Below are positions 15,793 to 15,942 of a stretch of DNA of 15,942 nucleotides, piece by piece. A model generated the notes under the pieces. That model was given only the letters and a program-made list of their open reading frames with translations. It was not told where the DNA came from and ran no database searches. This stretch comes from Verrucomicrobiales bacterium (GTDB taxonomy: Bacteria; Verrucomicrobiota; Verrucomicrobiia; Verrucomicrobiales; SLCJ01): assembly GCA_046075565.1 (NCBI GenBank), contig JBJTQJ010000077.1, positions 1 to 15,942 on the forward strand, written 5' to 3'. The position numbers were made by a program, and so were the translations under genes. Each line of letters starts with the position of its first letter. Position 1 is the stretch's first letter.

Positions 15793-15803
15793 GGGGTTTT
15801 ACA

Positions 15804-15942
15804 TCATCGGCGACGCCGGAAAGCAGCGAGACCACCAAGGAGAAGCAGCGCGGCCGAGCCCGGTTCGGGCACGACGAACCGGTAGGTCGCCGGAGCGCTC
15901 ATGACATCATTACCGCCTTGTTTGGCGAAGGCCTCAAATTCA
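15804..15942 (-). CDS. 3' end of a PEP-CTERM sorting-domain protein (partial, runs off the window)
   Basis: Manual translation gives EFEAFAKQGGNDVMSAPATYRFVVPEPGSAALLLLGGLAAFRRRR*, i.e. VPEP, a hydrophobic helix and an Arg cluster. Confidence 0.92.
   Translation of the reverse strand, partial: EFEAFAKQGGNDVMSAPATYRFVVPEPGSAALLLLGGLAAFRRRR

Overview
GC-rich bacterial chromosomal window, most likely Verrucomicrobiota. This is inferred from a PEP-CTERM tail, a C-terminal '...W...FFRL' sorting-type domain, a SET-domain gene and the scarcity of Shine-Dalgarno sites. Content from left to right: a structured non-coding stretch at the edge (candidate IS110 left end/bridge RNA), a tandem universal stress protein, a GxxExxY PD-(D/E)XK-like gene beside a long hairpin, rsmE, a secreted DUF5722/GH-A-like hydrolase, a stand-alone cysJ-like diflavin reductase, an untracked 38-aa membrane ORF, a hypothetical membrane protein, purH, hisD, a coiled-coil lipoprotein coupled to a SET methyltransferase, a REP doublet, tandem HtrA/Deg-PDZ genes (one intact, one with a degenerate catalytic triad), a HAD phosphatase, and two tandem surface proteins that appear to share a choice-of-anchor M domain but carry different C-terminal anchors. 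Most of the window is housekeeping. The best leads are the protease/pseudoprotease pair, the left-edge structured RNA, the dual-anchor surface proteins and the small membrane ORF. All family assignments come from motif recognition by eye; no searches were run.
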